Shown here piece by piece: positions 36,881-48,887 of a stretch of 64,000 bases of DNA. The notes beneath the pieces were generated by a model. That model had not been told where the DNA came from. It was given only the letters and a program-made list of their open reading frames with translations, and ran no database searches. The stretch is from the NCBI GenBank assembly GCA_013265495.1, contig MU058198.1, forward strand, positions 4,104,419-4,168,418. The letters are read 5' to 3'. This DNA comes from Vicugna vicugna. Taxonomy: Eukaryota. Every line of letters starts with the position of its first letter. Position 1 is the stretch's first letter. The translations under genes were made by a program, and so were the position numbers.

Positions 36881-37337
36881 GTCCCTCAGTATCTGAAGGG
36901 GATTGATTCCAGAACTCCCCGCCCCCCAGGATACCAAAATCCAAGGATGCTCAAGTCCCTTATACAAAATGGCATAGTATTTGCATATAACCTAAGTACA
37001 TTCTCCCATATACTTTATTTATTTTTAAAATATTTATTTTTAATTTTTATTTTTTAAAATTTTTGAGGGGGGAGGTGATTAGGTTTATCTGTTTATCACT
37101 TTTGGTTGGGGTACTGGGGGTTGAACCCAGGACCTCGTGCATGGTAGGCACGCACTCTACCACTGAGCTGTACCCTCCCTCCTCTCATATACTTCAAATC
37201 ATCTCTAGATTACTTATACCTGATATAATGTAAATACTACGTAAATAGTTATAAATACAATGTAAATGCTATGTAGATTGTTGCTAATGTATGGCAAATT
37301 CATGTTTTGCTTTTTGGAACTTACTGGAGGCCAACTG
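36881..37337. mobile_element. MER2B-like Tigger MITE interrupted by a SINE
   Basis: GTCCCTCAGTATC...GGATACCAAAATCCAAGGATGCTCAAGTCCCTTATACAAAATGGCATAGTATTTGCATATAACCTA...GGAGGCCAACTG followed by TA. Confidence 0.8.
37016..37181 (-). mobile_element. tRNA-Ala-derived SINE (camelid vic-1-like)
   Basis: Reverse complement of the SINE; TSD CTC(C/T)CATATACTT at 37003-37015 and 37182-37194. Confidence 0.9.
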
Positions 37338-38192
37338 TATAGTTTCAATGTCCTGTTAATGTGGTATTATTTTTTAAGGGAATTGCATACTCTGAGCTAG
37401 CTATGAAGCAGAAATCCTAGTGTTTCTTTTCTTATATCTAGGGAAAAGTGTTTTGATTTTTAGACAGTAGTATGTTATGTGATCATGACTCAGCTGACTT
37501 CCCATTTCAAATGGAATGTTCAAAACAGATTGAAACTTGGTTAAAGAATTTTATACTTTGAACCTTACAAGATATTTTCTGCAAACAGCGATTGATTGGA
37601 TTTTGTATAATAACAAACAAGATTAAACCACTTGTTTTGCTCTTACTAGTGGTTTTGAGTCAGCCAGCGTTTGTTGAGCAGCTTGCTGCAATGATACTGA
37701 ACATTTTTATAATTTTGATGTCTGTGTTTTGTTGACTTTGGTCCCTTCTTCTTATTTTGGAGAATCCCCCTAAAACACAGGAAATAGTGCTGTGTGGAGT
37801 GAAATATGCACTGGTTTTTAGGTGTATTTTTAAGTATTACTTCACTTTTTTGATAACTGGCCACACAAAGGCTGTCAGAGGAATATGTTTTATTTAGTAT
37901 TCTACTTGTGAATCCCAGGCAATATGAGGCACGTAAGTGAGACTCCTAGCAGGTAGAGCTAATATACAGTGTATATTCTCTGCACTGTTGCAAGTTAATC
38001 CTGTTCAAGCCACAGTTCTGAGCCTGTCATTCACTATTTCTTAAAAACCGCTGCTATCTCCATAGTGACTCTGGAATTTAAGCCCAAACTCTTGTGTGTG
38101 CTCAGCTTGTCTTTTTAGCTTCCTCCCTTCTACCTCTTGTTCTAGCCTCAATTCCTCCTTCTCTGGATGTTCCTTTCAATTTCTCTTTCAAT

Positions 38193-40155
38193 TTTTTTGA
38201 TAACAGATTTATTAAGATAAAATTGACATACCATAAAGTTCACCCTTTTAAAGTATATGATTCAGTGGTTTAGTATATTTACAGAGTTGTTCAGTCATCA
38301 CAGATACCTGATTCCAGAGCATTTTTTAATATCCTCCCTCAGTAAAAACCCTATACCTTTGGCAGTCACTCTCCATTCACCCCACCTCCAGCCCCTGGCA
38401 ATCACAAATCTATACTCTGTCTCTATGGATTTGCCTATTCTGGACATGTCATATAAGTGGAATCACGTAACATGTGGCCTTTTGTATTGCTGGTTTCACT
38501 TAGCATGTTTTCAAGGTTCATACATGTTGTAGCATGTATCACCTCATTCTTTTTATGGGCAAAAAAAGAAATGCTCCATTATTTAGCTATACCATATTTT
38601 GTGTATCCATTTATTGATGGGCATTGGGGTTGCTTTCATTTGGGGGCTGTTATGAATAATGATTCTATGAATATTTGTGCACAAGTGTTTGTGTGGACAT
38701 AATGTTTTCAGTTCTCTTGGGTATATACCTTAGAGTGGTATTGCTTGGGCATATGGTAATTCTGTGTTTAAATTTTTGAGAAACTACCAAACTGTTTCCA
38801 GAGCAGCTGCACCCATTTTACATTTTCACTAGCAGTGTATGAGTGTTCCATTTTCTCCACATCCTCAGCAACACTTGTTATTGTTCTTTTTGATTAAGTT
38901 ATCTTAGTCGATGTGAAGTGATACCTCATTGTAGTTTCGATTTGCATTTCCCTAATGATTAATAATGTTGAGCATCTTTTTGTGTGCTTATTGGTCACTT
39001 GTGTATTTGATTGGGAGAAATGTCTATTCAAATAATATGCCCATTAAAAATTTTTTTTTTAAATTGTTGAGCGGAAAGAGTTCTTTATGTATTCTAGATA
39101 CAAGTCCTTTATTAGATACATGATGTACAAATATTTTCTTCCATTCTGTGGGTTGCCTTTTCACTTTCTTGATGTTGTCCTTTGTAGCACAAAAGTTTAA
39201 AATTGTGGTATGTTCAGTTTACCATCTTAACCATTTTGAGTGTACATTTCAGTGAAATTAAGCACATCCACAATGTTGTACAACTGTCACTACGATCTAT
39301 CTCCACAACTCTTTTCATCTTGCAAAACTGAAGCTCTGTACCTATTAAACAATAACTCGCCATTCTCCCCTCCCCTCCACCCCTGGAACCACCATTCCAC
39401 CTTCTTTCTGTATTAATTTGACTGCTCTATGTACCTCATGCAGTGGAATCATAGGCTTTGTCCTTTTGTGACTGGCTTATTTCACTTACATAGTATCTTC
39501 AAGGTTCATCCATGTTGTGGTACATCAACCAGTTGATTTTTGTATGTTGATCCTGTATCCTGCAGCTATGCTGAACTTGTTTATTATTTCTAATAGTCTC
39601 TGTGTGTATTCCTTAGGACTTTTTATATATAAGATCATGTCATCTGTGAACAGTTAGTTTTATAATTTCCTTTCCAGTCGTGGTACCTTTTATTTGTTTT
39701 TCTTGCCTATGTTTTTCTAGCTAGAACCTATAATGCAGTGTTAAATAGGAGTGGCAAGAGTGGACATCCTTGTCTTGTTTCTGATCTTAGATGAAAAGCA
39801 TTCAGTCTTAAGCATTAAGTGTAATGTGAACTATGGGCTTTTATAGATGGCCTTTATCAGGTTAAGGAAATTTTCTTCTGTTCCTAGTTGGAATGCTTTT
39901 GTCTTGTCATGAAATGATGTTGAACTTTGTCAGATGCTTTTTCTGTGTTTACTGAGATCATGTAGTTTTATTTTTTGCTCTAATAATGTTATGTTACAGT
40001 GACTTTCATGTATTAAACCAACCTTGCATTCCTGGGATAAATCCCACTTGAGTATAGCATATTATCCTTTTTATATGTTGCTACACTTGATTTATTAGTC
40101 TCTTGTGAGGATTTTTGTGTCTATAGTCACAAGGTTATTAATCTGCAGTTTTGTC
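38193..40155 (-). mobile_element. L1M fragments (3'UTRs and ORF2), antisense to TNRC6A
   Basis: TCTGTCTCTATGGATTTGCCTATTCTGGACAT, TTTGCATTTCCCTAATGATT, GAGTGGACATCCTTGTCTTGTTTCTGATCTTAG. Confidence 0.85.
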
Positions 40156-40414
40156 TTCTGGTGTTATCTTTGTCTCTTCTAGTGTTACGTTTGGTACCTT
40201 GGATGGTCTGGTTTGGAATCTGGAGTCTGAGGTCTTGAGTTGCTGGTTTGGCATCTACCTCATTCTGCAGTGTACTATAATAATTGTGTTTATATATCTG
40301 GTTCTATTTTCACTTTAAAATTTTTTTCCACTTTAAGGTATGATTGACAAATAAAATCAGTTCCATTTTCTTCTCCCCCCTCACCCAGCAGTTAGTGCAT
40401 TGCCCTTGTGTGTG

Positions 40415-41390
40415 TGTTTTATTGAGACTTAATTGACATCTAACTTTGTGTAAGTTTTAGGTGTACAACTTGCTTGTTTGAAACATTTATATACAGTTGA
40501 CCTTGAACAACATAGGTTTGAACTGTATCGTTCCACTTTATATGTGGATTTTTTCCCATTAAATACATACCACAATACTACACGATCTGTGGTTGGTTGA
40601 ATCCGCTAATGCAGAACTGTGACTATGGAGGGCTGACTGTAAAGTTATATGCAGATTTTTGACTGTGTAGGGCCAGTGCCCCTAACCCCTGCATTGTTCA
40701 GGGGTTTGCTGTATTCCAGTATGACTGCTGCTGTCATGTCACATAATTATCATTTCCTTTTTGCAGTGAGAACATTTAAAATCTAGTCTCTTAGCAACTT
40801 TGACGTATATACCAATATTGTTAACTGTAATCACTATTCTGGACATTAGGTTTACAAAATTTATTCCTCTTTTAGTTGCAAGTCTGTGCTGTTTAACAGC
40901 ATCTCACTCCCCCCCCCAACCTGCCCCTGATAACCACCATTCTATTGTTGAGCTGTTTTAGATTCCATCTATAAGTGATATCATACAGTATTTGTCTTTC
41001 TTTGACTTATTTCACTTAATGTTCTCAAAGTTGATCCATGTTGCAAATTGCAGAATTTTCTTCTTTCTCATGGCTGAATAATATTCCATTGTATGCATAT
41101 ACCACACCATCATCCATCCATGGACACTTAGATTGTTTCTATATCTTGGTTATGGTGAGTAATGCTGCAATGGAGTTCAAATATCTTTTTGATATGCTGT
41201 TTTCATTTCTCATTTCTCTTGGCTATATACTCAGAAGTGGGATTGCTAGGTCATTAGTTGTTGTAGTTTTCATTTTTTGAGGAATTTCCATACTATTTTC
41301 TCCATTCCTGACAGCTGTCCTTTTCTCTATGTCCTTGCCAACACTTTTTACCTCTTGTCTTCTTGATGATAGCCATTCTAAGAGGTGTGT
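40415..41390 (-). mobile_element. L1MA-like 3' fragment interrupted by a Tigger MITE
   Basis: TTTTAGATTCCATCTATAAGTGATATCATACAGTATTTGTCTTTC...GGCTGAATAATATTCCATTG. Confidence 0.75.
40494..40711. mobile_element. Tigger2-derived MITE
   Basis: TA-CAGTTGACCTTGAACAAC ... TTGTTCAGGGGTTTGCTG-TA: imperfect TIRs and TA target duplication. Confidence 0.8.
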
Positions 41391-42329
41391 TAGTTCTGTT
41401 TTCTACTGTATGCTCTCCTTTCTTTGGTTACAACCTTCTTTGTCTCCTAACCTTAGGCTAGTGCAGCATTTTGTACCTAGCCTCTTGCAGCTCATGTTTA
41501 GTGTACACTCATGTTCATCTCTTAAGCACTTCCTCTGCATTACCTAATTTAATCTTCACAACAACCCAACAAGGGAGGTACAATTTAAGACCTCTTGTAA
41601 ACGAGGAGATGGAGGCTTTAGGGAAATTAAACAAGTTGCTTACACAAGGTAATGGAGTTGAGATTTAAGCCCACTTCTCTTTGGAATTGGAGCCAGAGCT
41701 CTTAAACTCATGCTGTGCTGCCCAGGAAATGCTTGTTTGAATAGATTGGATTTAAACTGGTCCTTAAAGAAGTAGAATGTGGGTAAAAGAAAGAGTGAAA
41801 GAGTGCGTGTTTGATGGTGGATGGGGTAGTGTTAGTAAAAGCAAGAAAGCAGGAATTGGTATTTAATTGCAGTACCTAATGCTGGGGGAGTACAAGTAGA
41901 ACTGATTTTTGTCCCCAGAACAGTAATTAGTTCTATTTGGAAGAGTGAGATTAACATCAGAAATAATTAGAAAATGAGCATTGTTTAATTGAAGGTAAAG
42001 GGTGAGATTTGTATGAGTTGGAAAGAATCATGAAGGAACTAGCAATTAAGTTAAGCCTAAAAAGAGGAGTAGATTCAGGACGGTAGTTTAGCAACCAGAT
42101 TTTGGGTCAGCCTTAACCATTGCCTTGTATTATACAAGTCACTTAGACTTTCCAGTCCTTGGTTTCTTTAAGTGTCATATGGGAAAAACATCATTTCTGT
42201 GTTTTGGTGTTGTGGGCTCAAAATAGGTAACATCTCAGAGTACCTTGTAAGCTATGCATTGCTTCTGTTATTATGGAAAGGGGTATCCGTTCTCTTAAAA
42301 TTCTAATCTCACCAACTGTCCTCAACCTG

Positions 42330-43565
42330 AGCTTTTTATTTTAAAATAATTTCAGTCCTAGAGAAATTTTTTAAGAACAGAGCAAAAGATTCCTGAATAT
42401 CCTTCATCTGTATTCCTTGAATATTGACATTTAACCACATTTACTTTCTCATTTTCTTTCTACAAGCATATTGGACAAACAAACAAAAACAAAGCATAAA
42501 TACATGACAGAAATAGACTCATAGACAGAGAATACAGTCTTGTGGTTGCCAGGGGGGCGGAGGGTGGGAAGGGATAGACTGGGATTTCAAAATTGTAGAA
42601 TAGCTAAATAAGATTATACTGTATAGCACAGGGAAATATACACAAAACGTTATGGTAGCTCACAGAGAAGAAAATGTGACAGTGAGTGTGTATATGTCCA
42701 TGTATGACTGAAAAACCCCCCCGCCCTGGACTATTTGAGAGTAGCTTAGAGATGTGATATCCTTTTACCCCTAAAAACTTAAATATTTATTTCCTAAGGT
42801 CAAAGACATTTTCTTAGTACAGTGCCATTATTAAAATTAGAAAAGTACTATCAGTAGAATCTTAATAGCAAATCTACAAACCTTACTCAAATTTTGCCGA
42901 TTGGCTCAATAATACCTTTTAGAGCAAATCAGAAAAAACCCTTTTTTTTTTCTGGCCTAGGATTTAATGTAGGAATACATTGGGTTTTCATATTTGCTTA
43001 ACCACCTGTGTTCTGGAACAGTTTCTCAGTCTTTCTTTGTTGTTGAAGACCTTGATATTTTTAAAAGAGTACAGGCTGGTTATTTGGTCAGATGTCCCTC
43101 TGTGTTTGTCTTGATTAGATTCATGTTGTGCACTTTTGGCAGGATTAGCACAGGACTGATGTGTTCTGCTTAGTGCATCATGTCAAGAGGAGCACGATGT
43201 CCATTTGTCCCATTATTGGTGATGGTAACTTCAACTACTTGGTTAAGATGTGATATATGTTGGGTTTCACCACTGTAAAGTTAGTATTTTCCCCTTTGTA
43301 ATTAATAATGCTATTGTTGGAAGAACTTTGAGACTATGTAAACATCTTATTTCTCATTGAGATTCTTGCCTGAATCAATGCATTGCCAAATAGTGATTTT
43401 CTAAGTCCATTATTCTTGCTGCATTAGTTGACATTCTACTGTACGATCTGCATCTTTACCCTATTAATTCATCTGTTCATTCGTTTATTCATATCAGTAG
43501 GGACTCATGGATTCCTTTTTTATTCAGTGGGTTGTAATCCTTTACTAGCATTATTTTATTGCTCA
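42330..43565 (-). mobile_element. L1MC-like 3'UTR remnant, with a younger + strand L1 3' fragment inserted at ~42475-42715
   Basis: CTATTTGAGAGTAG, CACTGTAAAGTTAGTATTTTCCCCTTTGTAATTAATAA; insert ACAGAAATAGACTCATAGACA...CTGTATAGCACAGGGAAATATA. Confidence 0.7.
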
Positions 43566-45553
43566 GATTATGAGGCTAGTAGAGGCCTTCTTCAAACTCA
43601 GCCTCTTTTTGAAGAAATCCAGATTATGTATCATCTGGATCTTCACTGCTACTTCATCATATCCTATTTTCTCCTCTTAAGAGGAAGATATGGTGACTTC
43701 GCTACCACCTGTGCCTCAAAACAAAGCTTTCTGCCTGTGCTTTATGGTTCAAAGTCAAATGCTATCTGGAAATATATAATATTGCTGCCATCCTGTCTTT
43801 TGTCCTCTTTTTCTCTACATATTCCTGTCACAAGTAGGTATTTTTGTTAACCTGTGTGTGTGCGTCCAGAATTTATGCAAATACAAGCATATGAGGATAT
43901 GTGTTCTTATCTCAACCCTTTTTAACCTTAGTTTTTTTTTCCCCAATTAACTATACACCTTCCAGATCCTTTCATACCAGAAACCTTCTTTATCTGTTTT
44001 ACAGCGGCATAGCATTCAGTTTTATGGGTGTATCAATTTTATGTAAGTACTTGAGTATTTGCAGATGTAAACTACCTGTGACTATAAACTGGCCCTTCTT
44101 GTGATACCCTATCTGTCATCACCTTCTCTGATACCTTTATTCCTTACCCTTTTTAGAAAAGGACTTCCAAACAAGTACTAGTCTTCCTTAGTCAAAAAAA
44201 AAAACAAAAACAAAAAAACAAACGAAAACACTTCATTTTTATCCTGTTTTCTTCATATCATGGCCAAAATTTTTGAAAATCTGATCACTCTTAACGTAGT
44301 TTTGCAGCAGTTGGGTTTCCATCTCTATTATCTGGTGAAATTATGGTTTTGAAGTTTACCAGTGACTTCCTGTTGTGTAGTGCCAGACTGGCTTTGGTGA
44401 TTAATTTAGGTGTAGGAGGACAAGGAGGGAAAAAGAAGAGGCTGGCAAGCAGATAGAAAAAGGAGAAGTGGGAAGGCTGGGAGAGAATAGAATAAAGTGT
44501 AAGGGGAAAAGTAGGTGAACAACATTTTTTGGCAGAAGATGTGAAACTATTTTCATAACTAGCGTGTAACATACAGCTGGCTTCTGTGTGACGATGAGCT
44601 GGCTTACGGTAAGCTGTGACTGATAGGCTAGTTGGGCCCTCTGGAAATTTGCCCCCCTATTTTCTCTGTCCCATTATTACCAATTTTGACTGTAGAGCTG
44701 TCATTTTAAATTTTTTGCTTTCTGAAATCTGGAGTTGTCATTAACCTGGGTCTCTTTTGTCATTCTTAACTAATATTGTCAACTATCCCAATTTCTTATG
44801 ACTGTCTTGGATTGATTCTTTGCTTTTCATTTCCTTTTGCCACCATCATGGTTCAGGACCTTGAACTTTTACCTGGATTACTGCAACGGTCTTCTCACTG
44901 TGTGCAGCAGATTTATTTCCTACTTTTACACAACGCTTTTCCTCCTTTTTTCTATCCCAATCAATACTGGCCCCTGACATTGCCACGCTAAGTCTCTGCT
45001 TTGCTGGTGTCCATACCCTTCTGTGTTCCCTTGTGGGAAAAGGCCCACTTCTCTGTCTGTAGAAATCCTGCCTCTTCTTTAAGACCGAGATCAACAACTT
45101 AACTGCTCTGTGAAGCCTTCAGCTGTAACAGCTCATATGCATGTCTTATTTACTAAACTTGCTTACAGCCTCTACCAAGTGATTGCTTGTTTCTTTATTT
45201 CAAGTGTGTTCAGTTTTGTTCCTACAAAATGGTAGTTTAAAACTGTTTTCTGTTTGGGTTCTCCTAGTGCACAGCAAACTGCTTGACTTACAAGAATTCC
45301 AAAGGACATTCTTAGTGGTTTATTGATTAAACATTGTGTAGTTTATTATTAAATAGTTTTGGATGCAGAGAGGCAGCTCATCCCAATACCTTGAGGGTCT
45401 GCTTCCCTCTGCTTCCCTACTATACTATGGAAAGTGTGTACTTTTTAATGGGATTTTCTTTTTGTTTTCCTAGCAAGTGATATACTCTCTGGACCTTGAC
45501 CTTTTTTTGACTTAGCAGTGTGTCCTAGAGATCTTTGTCTGTAAACCCATGTT

Positions 45554-46064
45554 TGTTGGTGGTCCCAAAGACCACCCTCAGATTTGATTCACTAGAAAGA
45601 CTTGCAGGATTCAGCACATAGTCATACTCATGGCTATGATTTATTACAGTGAAAGTATACAAAGCAAAATCAGTAAAGGGAAAAGGCATGTGGGACAAAA
45701 TCTGGAGGAAACTAGGGGCAAGGTTCCAAGGTTTCTCTCCTTGTGGTGTCACACGGATGTGCTTAACTTCTCTAGCATCAAATTACGACAACATGTATAA
45801 AATATCTACCAGGAGAGCCCATTAGAAATTCAGGGTTTTTTGTTCAGGACTGATAATGTAGGTACCTGCTGCCTAAGTGTACCAGAATTCCGGACTGCAA
45901 GAAGGAAAGTAGGTTTTCAGCAGAACTGTATTGTTTGTACTAAGTTTACCCGTGTTATCAGTTAGGGATTTGTAGAACCTTCCTGACTCCAGCCAAGGGC
46001 CAACCTTGCAGTGCTTTTTCCTAGGATTGGTCTCAGACCTGCTGTGTTAACTCTTCCCTGCACA
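45554..46064 (-). mobile_element. ERVL-class solo LTR (MER68/MER21/MER77 group)
   Basis: Minus strand starts TGTGCAGGGAAGAGTTAACACAGCAGGTCTGAGA...TGCAAGGTTGGCCCTTGGCTGG and ends ...ACCAACA (TG...CA termini). Confidence 0.65.
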
Positions 46065-48750
46065 TCGTGGAATTCTACAATCCCTCCCCACCCCCTGCTT
46101 TTTTTTTTAACTAACGTGTAGTATTCCATGGTATGACTGCATTATGATTTGTTCAGTTTTTCCCTGCCGATTGGCTTTTAAGGCTATTATCTATTTTTGT
46201 ACATTTGCTTTTCTAGAGGCTTAGATTAAAATTGATGGGTCATAACATAGTGACATTTAAAATTTTAATATTAATAGGTACTTTCGAATTGCTCACCAGA
46301 GATCCTTACTAGTCCTTATTTCCGACAGCAGTTTATGGGAGTATCCTTTGGAAGTGATTGTTTTTAATGATATTCATGTTGGGACTGTAGGGAAGACTGA
46401 CTGTCAAACATCAGGAAGAGCAGGTCCAGGGAGGGCTTTCTAAATCCCAGGTCTGTCCTACTGCTGTTCTGGACACTTCCCTCACCCATCCTCTTCCTTT
46501 TCCCAAGACTCTTGGTTCTTACACTCATCTGCTTCTTCGTCTGTCTCTAATCTGCCTCTTTATTGCCTTTAATCGTTGGTGTGGAGGCTTGTGATTTTTA
46601 TTTTTCTTTTATTATGGAAAATTTTAAATATACACAAAAATAAAGCAATGAAGAATCTTTGTGTACCCTTTACCTGGTTTCAGCATTTGCCAACATTTTA
46701 TCAATCTTGTTTCATTTTTCTCTTTTACTTTTTTGAGAGGATAGGGTGGGGCCTGGAGTAGTAAAAGCAAATCCTAGACATGGTGTTTTTTTAAAAAAAA
46801 TTTTTTGTACTAATTTACAAAAATAATGCATAACATTTAAAATAGTGATATACTTTTTAAAAATTTAACAGTTTCCCTAAATACTTAGTTCAGTTGTGAG
46901 GTTACTCTAATGTTCCTAGTTCAGGAGAGCATTTCCTCATGAATTTCCTGAAATTCGTGTAAAGTTATAGAAACATATACAGACAACTTAATAATATGGG
47001 TTAATAACGTTCACCCATCTGTAAATTGCTTTTTTTCATTTAACAGCGTGTTAGGGACGTTTCATCAAATCAATAAACAGATCACCTTCTTTTCAGTATG
47101 ATATGCTATGCTACTATATAGCCATTTCTTTACTGATGGACATTTTAGTTTTTCTGCTTTTCAGGCCTTGTGAAGCTTTCAGCAAACTTTCATATGCTTA
47201 TGACCTTGTGTACTAGTGCTTTATTACTGTAAGATACATTCTGAAGAGTTAGGTGGCTGATTAGACTTTGTATAACTTTAATTGTTAAAACTATTACCAT
47301 AACACTGTCCAAAAGGTTATAGTAGTTTTCCACGAGGTATAATATAAGAGAAAACCTCCTAACTTTCATTGTCGCCAGCACTGGATATTATTATTCTTGA
47401 ACATTTTTGCCAGTGAAGTTAGTATAAGAAAATAGCATAGCATTATAGTTTTTTGCCTTTATTAGAAAGAAAACCCAGCAATTTATTTTTTTTAAATAAT
47501 ATAATTGGTTTGGGTTCATACTAGCAAATGTAAGTTTGCCTCAATACTAGGAAATCCATTGATACAATTAATCATACCAGCAATCAAATCACAAAAATTC
47601 TGTAATTATTTCCATAGCTACAGAAAAGAAATCTGACAAAATATAGCATGCATTCATGACCCCAAATCTTCCAGCAGACCAGAAATGGAGAATAGCCTTT
47701 TATTTTTTAAATATTAAAGCTTACTCATTTGATATTAATACTTGAAATTTTTTAATATTTAATTTTTGAACGCTTATTCCCATGGCTCAGAAATTAAAAT
47801 GCTATCTGAAAAAGTTTATACAGTGAGATCTTCCTTCCTCTTGTCCCCCACATGCATAGTTCCTCCTGCCTCCTCCTTCACAATTACTATTAGTTTCTTA
47901 AGTGTTCTTTTAGAGTCATTTTATATACACACAGGCAAATATAAATACATATCCTCTCCCTTGCTGTTTACACAAATGATAGCATGCTGTGCAGTCTGTC
48001 ATGCATCATGCATTTTTCATGAGTTTTTTCCCCTTACTTCTGATAGTGTTTTAGCTACCTTCCTATTTCTCTCTTAAACAACAAAACAAAACACTGTTGA
48101 ACTCCTCAAATATGAGACCTTAACAGTTATTATGTAGTTGTAGTCTAGTTGTTTCTTTCACATCACCATCCCACAAACATTCACAGAATAAAAGCACTGA
48201 AATTGCTGTCTTAAATATCAATAATGCCTGGTCCCTCTTGTTAAAACCAGTTGCTGTTCAGTTTTTTTCTTTGATTCTTTTGCTGTTCTTCCTCCTGATA
48301 ACACATTCATGATTCTTGGAACTCTAATACTTTGTGTTTCCTGCAATACATTCTGTTAAGTGTTCTTGTAAAAGGTAGAAAGAAATAAGAAAAGGAGGCA
48401 CACAGTCTGGAGGAAAAATATTAAGTGAGAAGATCTGTCACTTAACCTATCCAAAGGAAAAGGATTTATTTTCTGTGGCTCCTGAAAAGAGAGCTAGTAC
48501 TTTACTTTGGGAGGGGAGATACCATGGTATAGGGGAAGGGGAAGACCATGACTTTGAGAACCTAGATTTGAATCCTGTCTCCACCCTGAACTAGCCATAT
48601 GACCTTGGACAAGTCATTTAACCTTTCTTAGCTTCAGTTTCTTCATCTACAGAAGGGAATTATTTGTACCTATCATTTTTTAAAAAGTGACAAATGGGAA
48701 ACTATACATAAATGTACACCAAGTGCCCAGCATAGTCACTGTAACATTTT

Positions 48751-48887
48751 CTTTAAACATTTTTTTTTTAGGGGAAGAGGTTATATTAGTTTATTTAATT
48801 TTTATTTTAATGGAGATACTGGAGATTGAACCCAGGACCTGGTGCATGCTAAGCACATACTCTACCGCTGAGCTAAACCTTCCCCCT
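48751..48887 (-). mobile_element. tRNA-Ala-derived SINE (camelid vic-1-like)
   Basis: Reverse complement of the SINE; perfect 16-bp TSD GTCACTGTAACATTTT at 48735-48750 and 48888-48903. Confidence 0.92.
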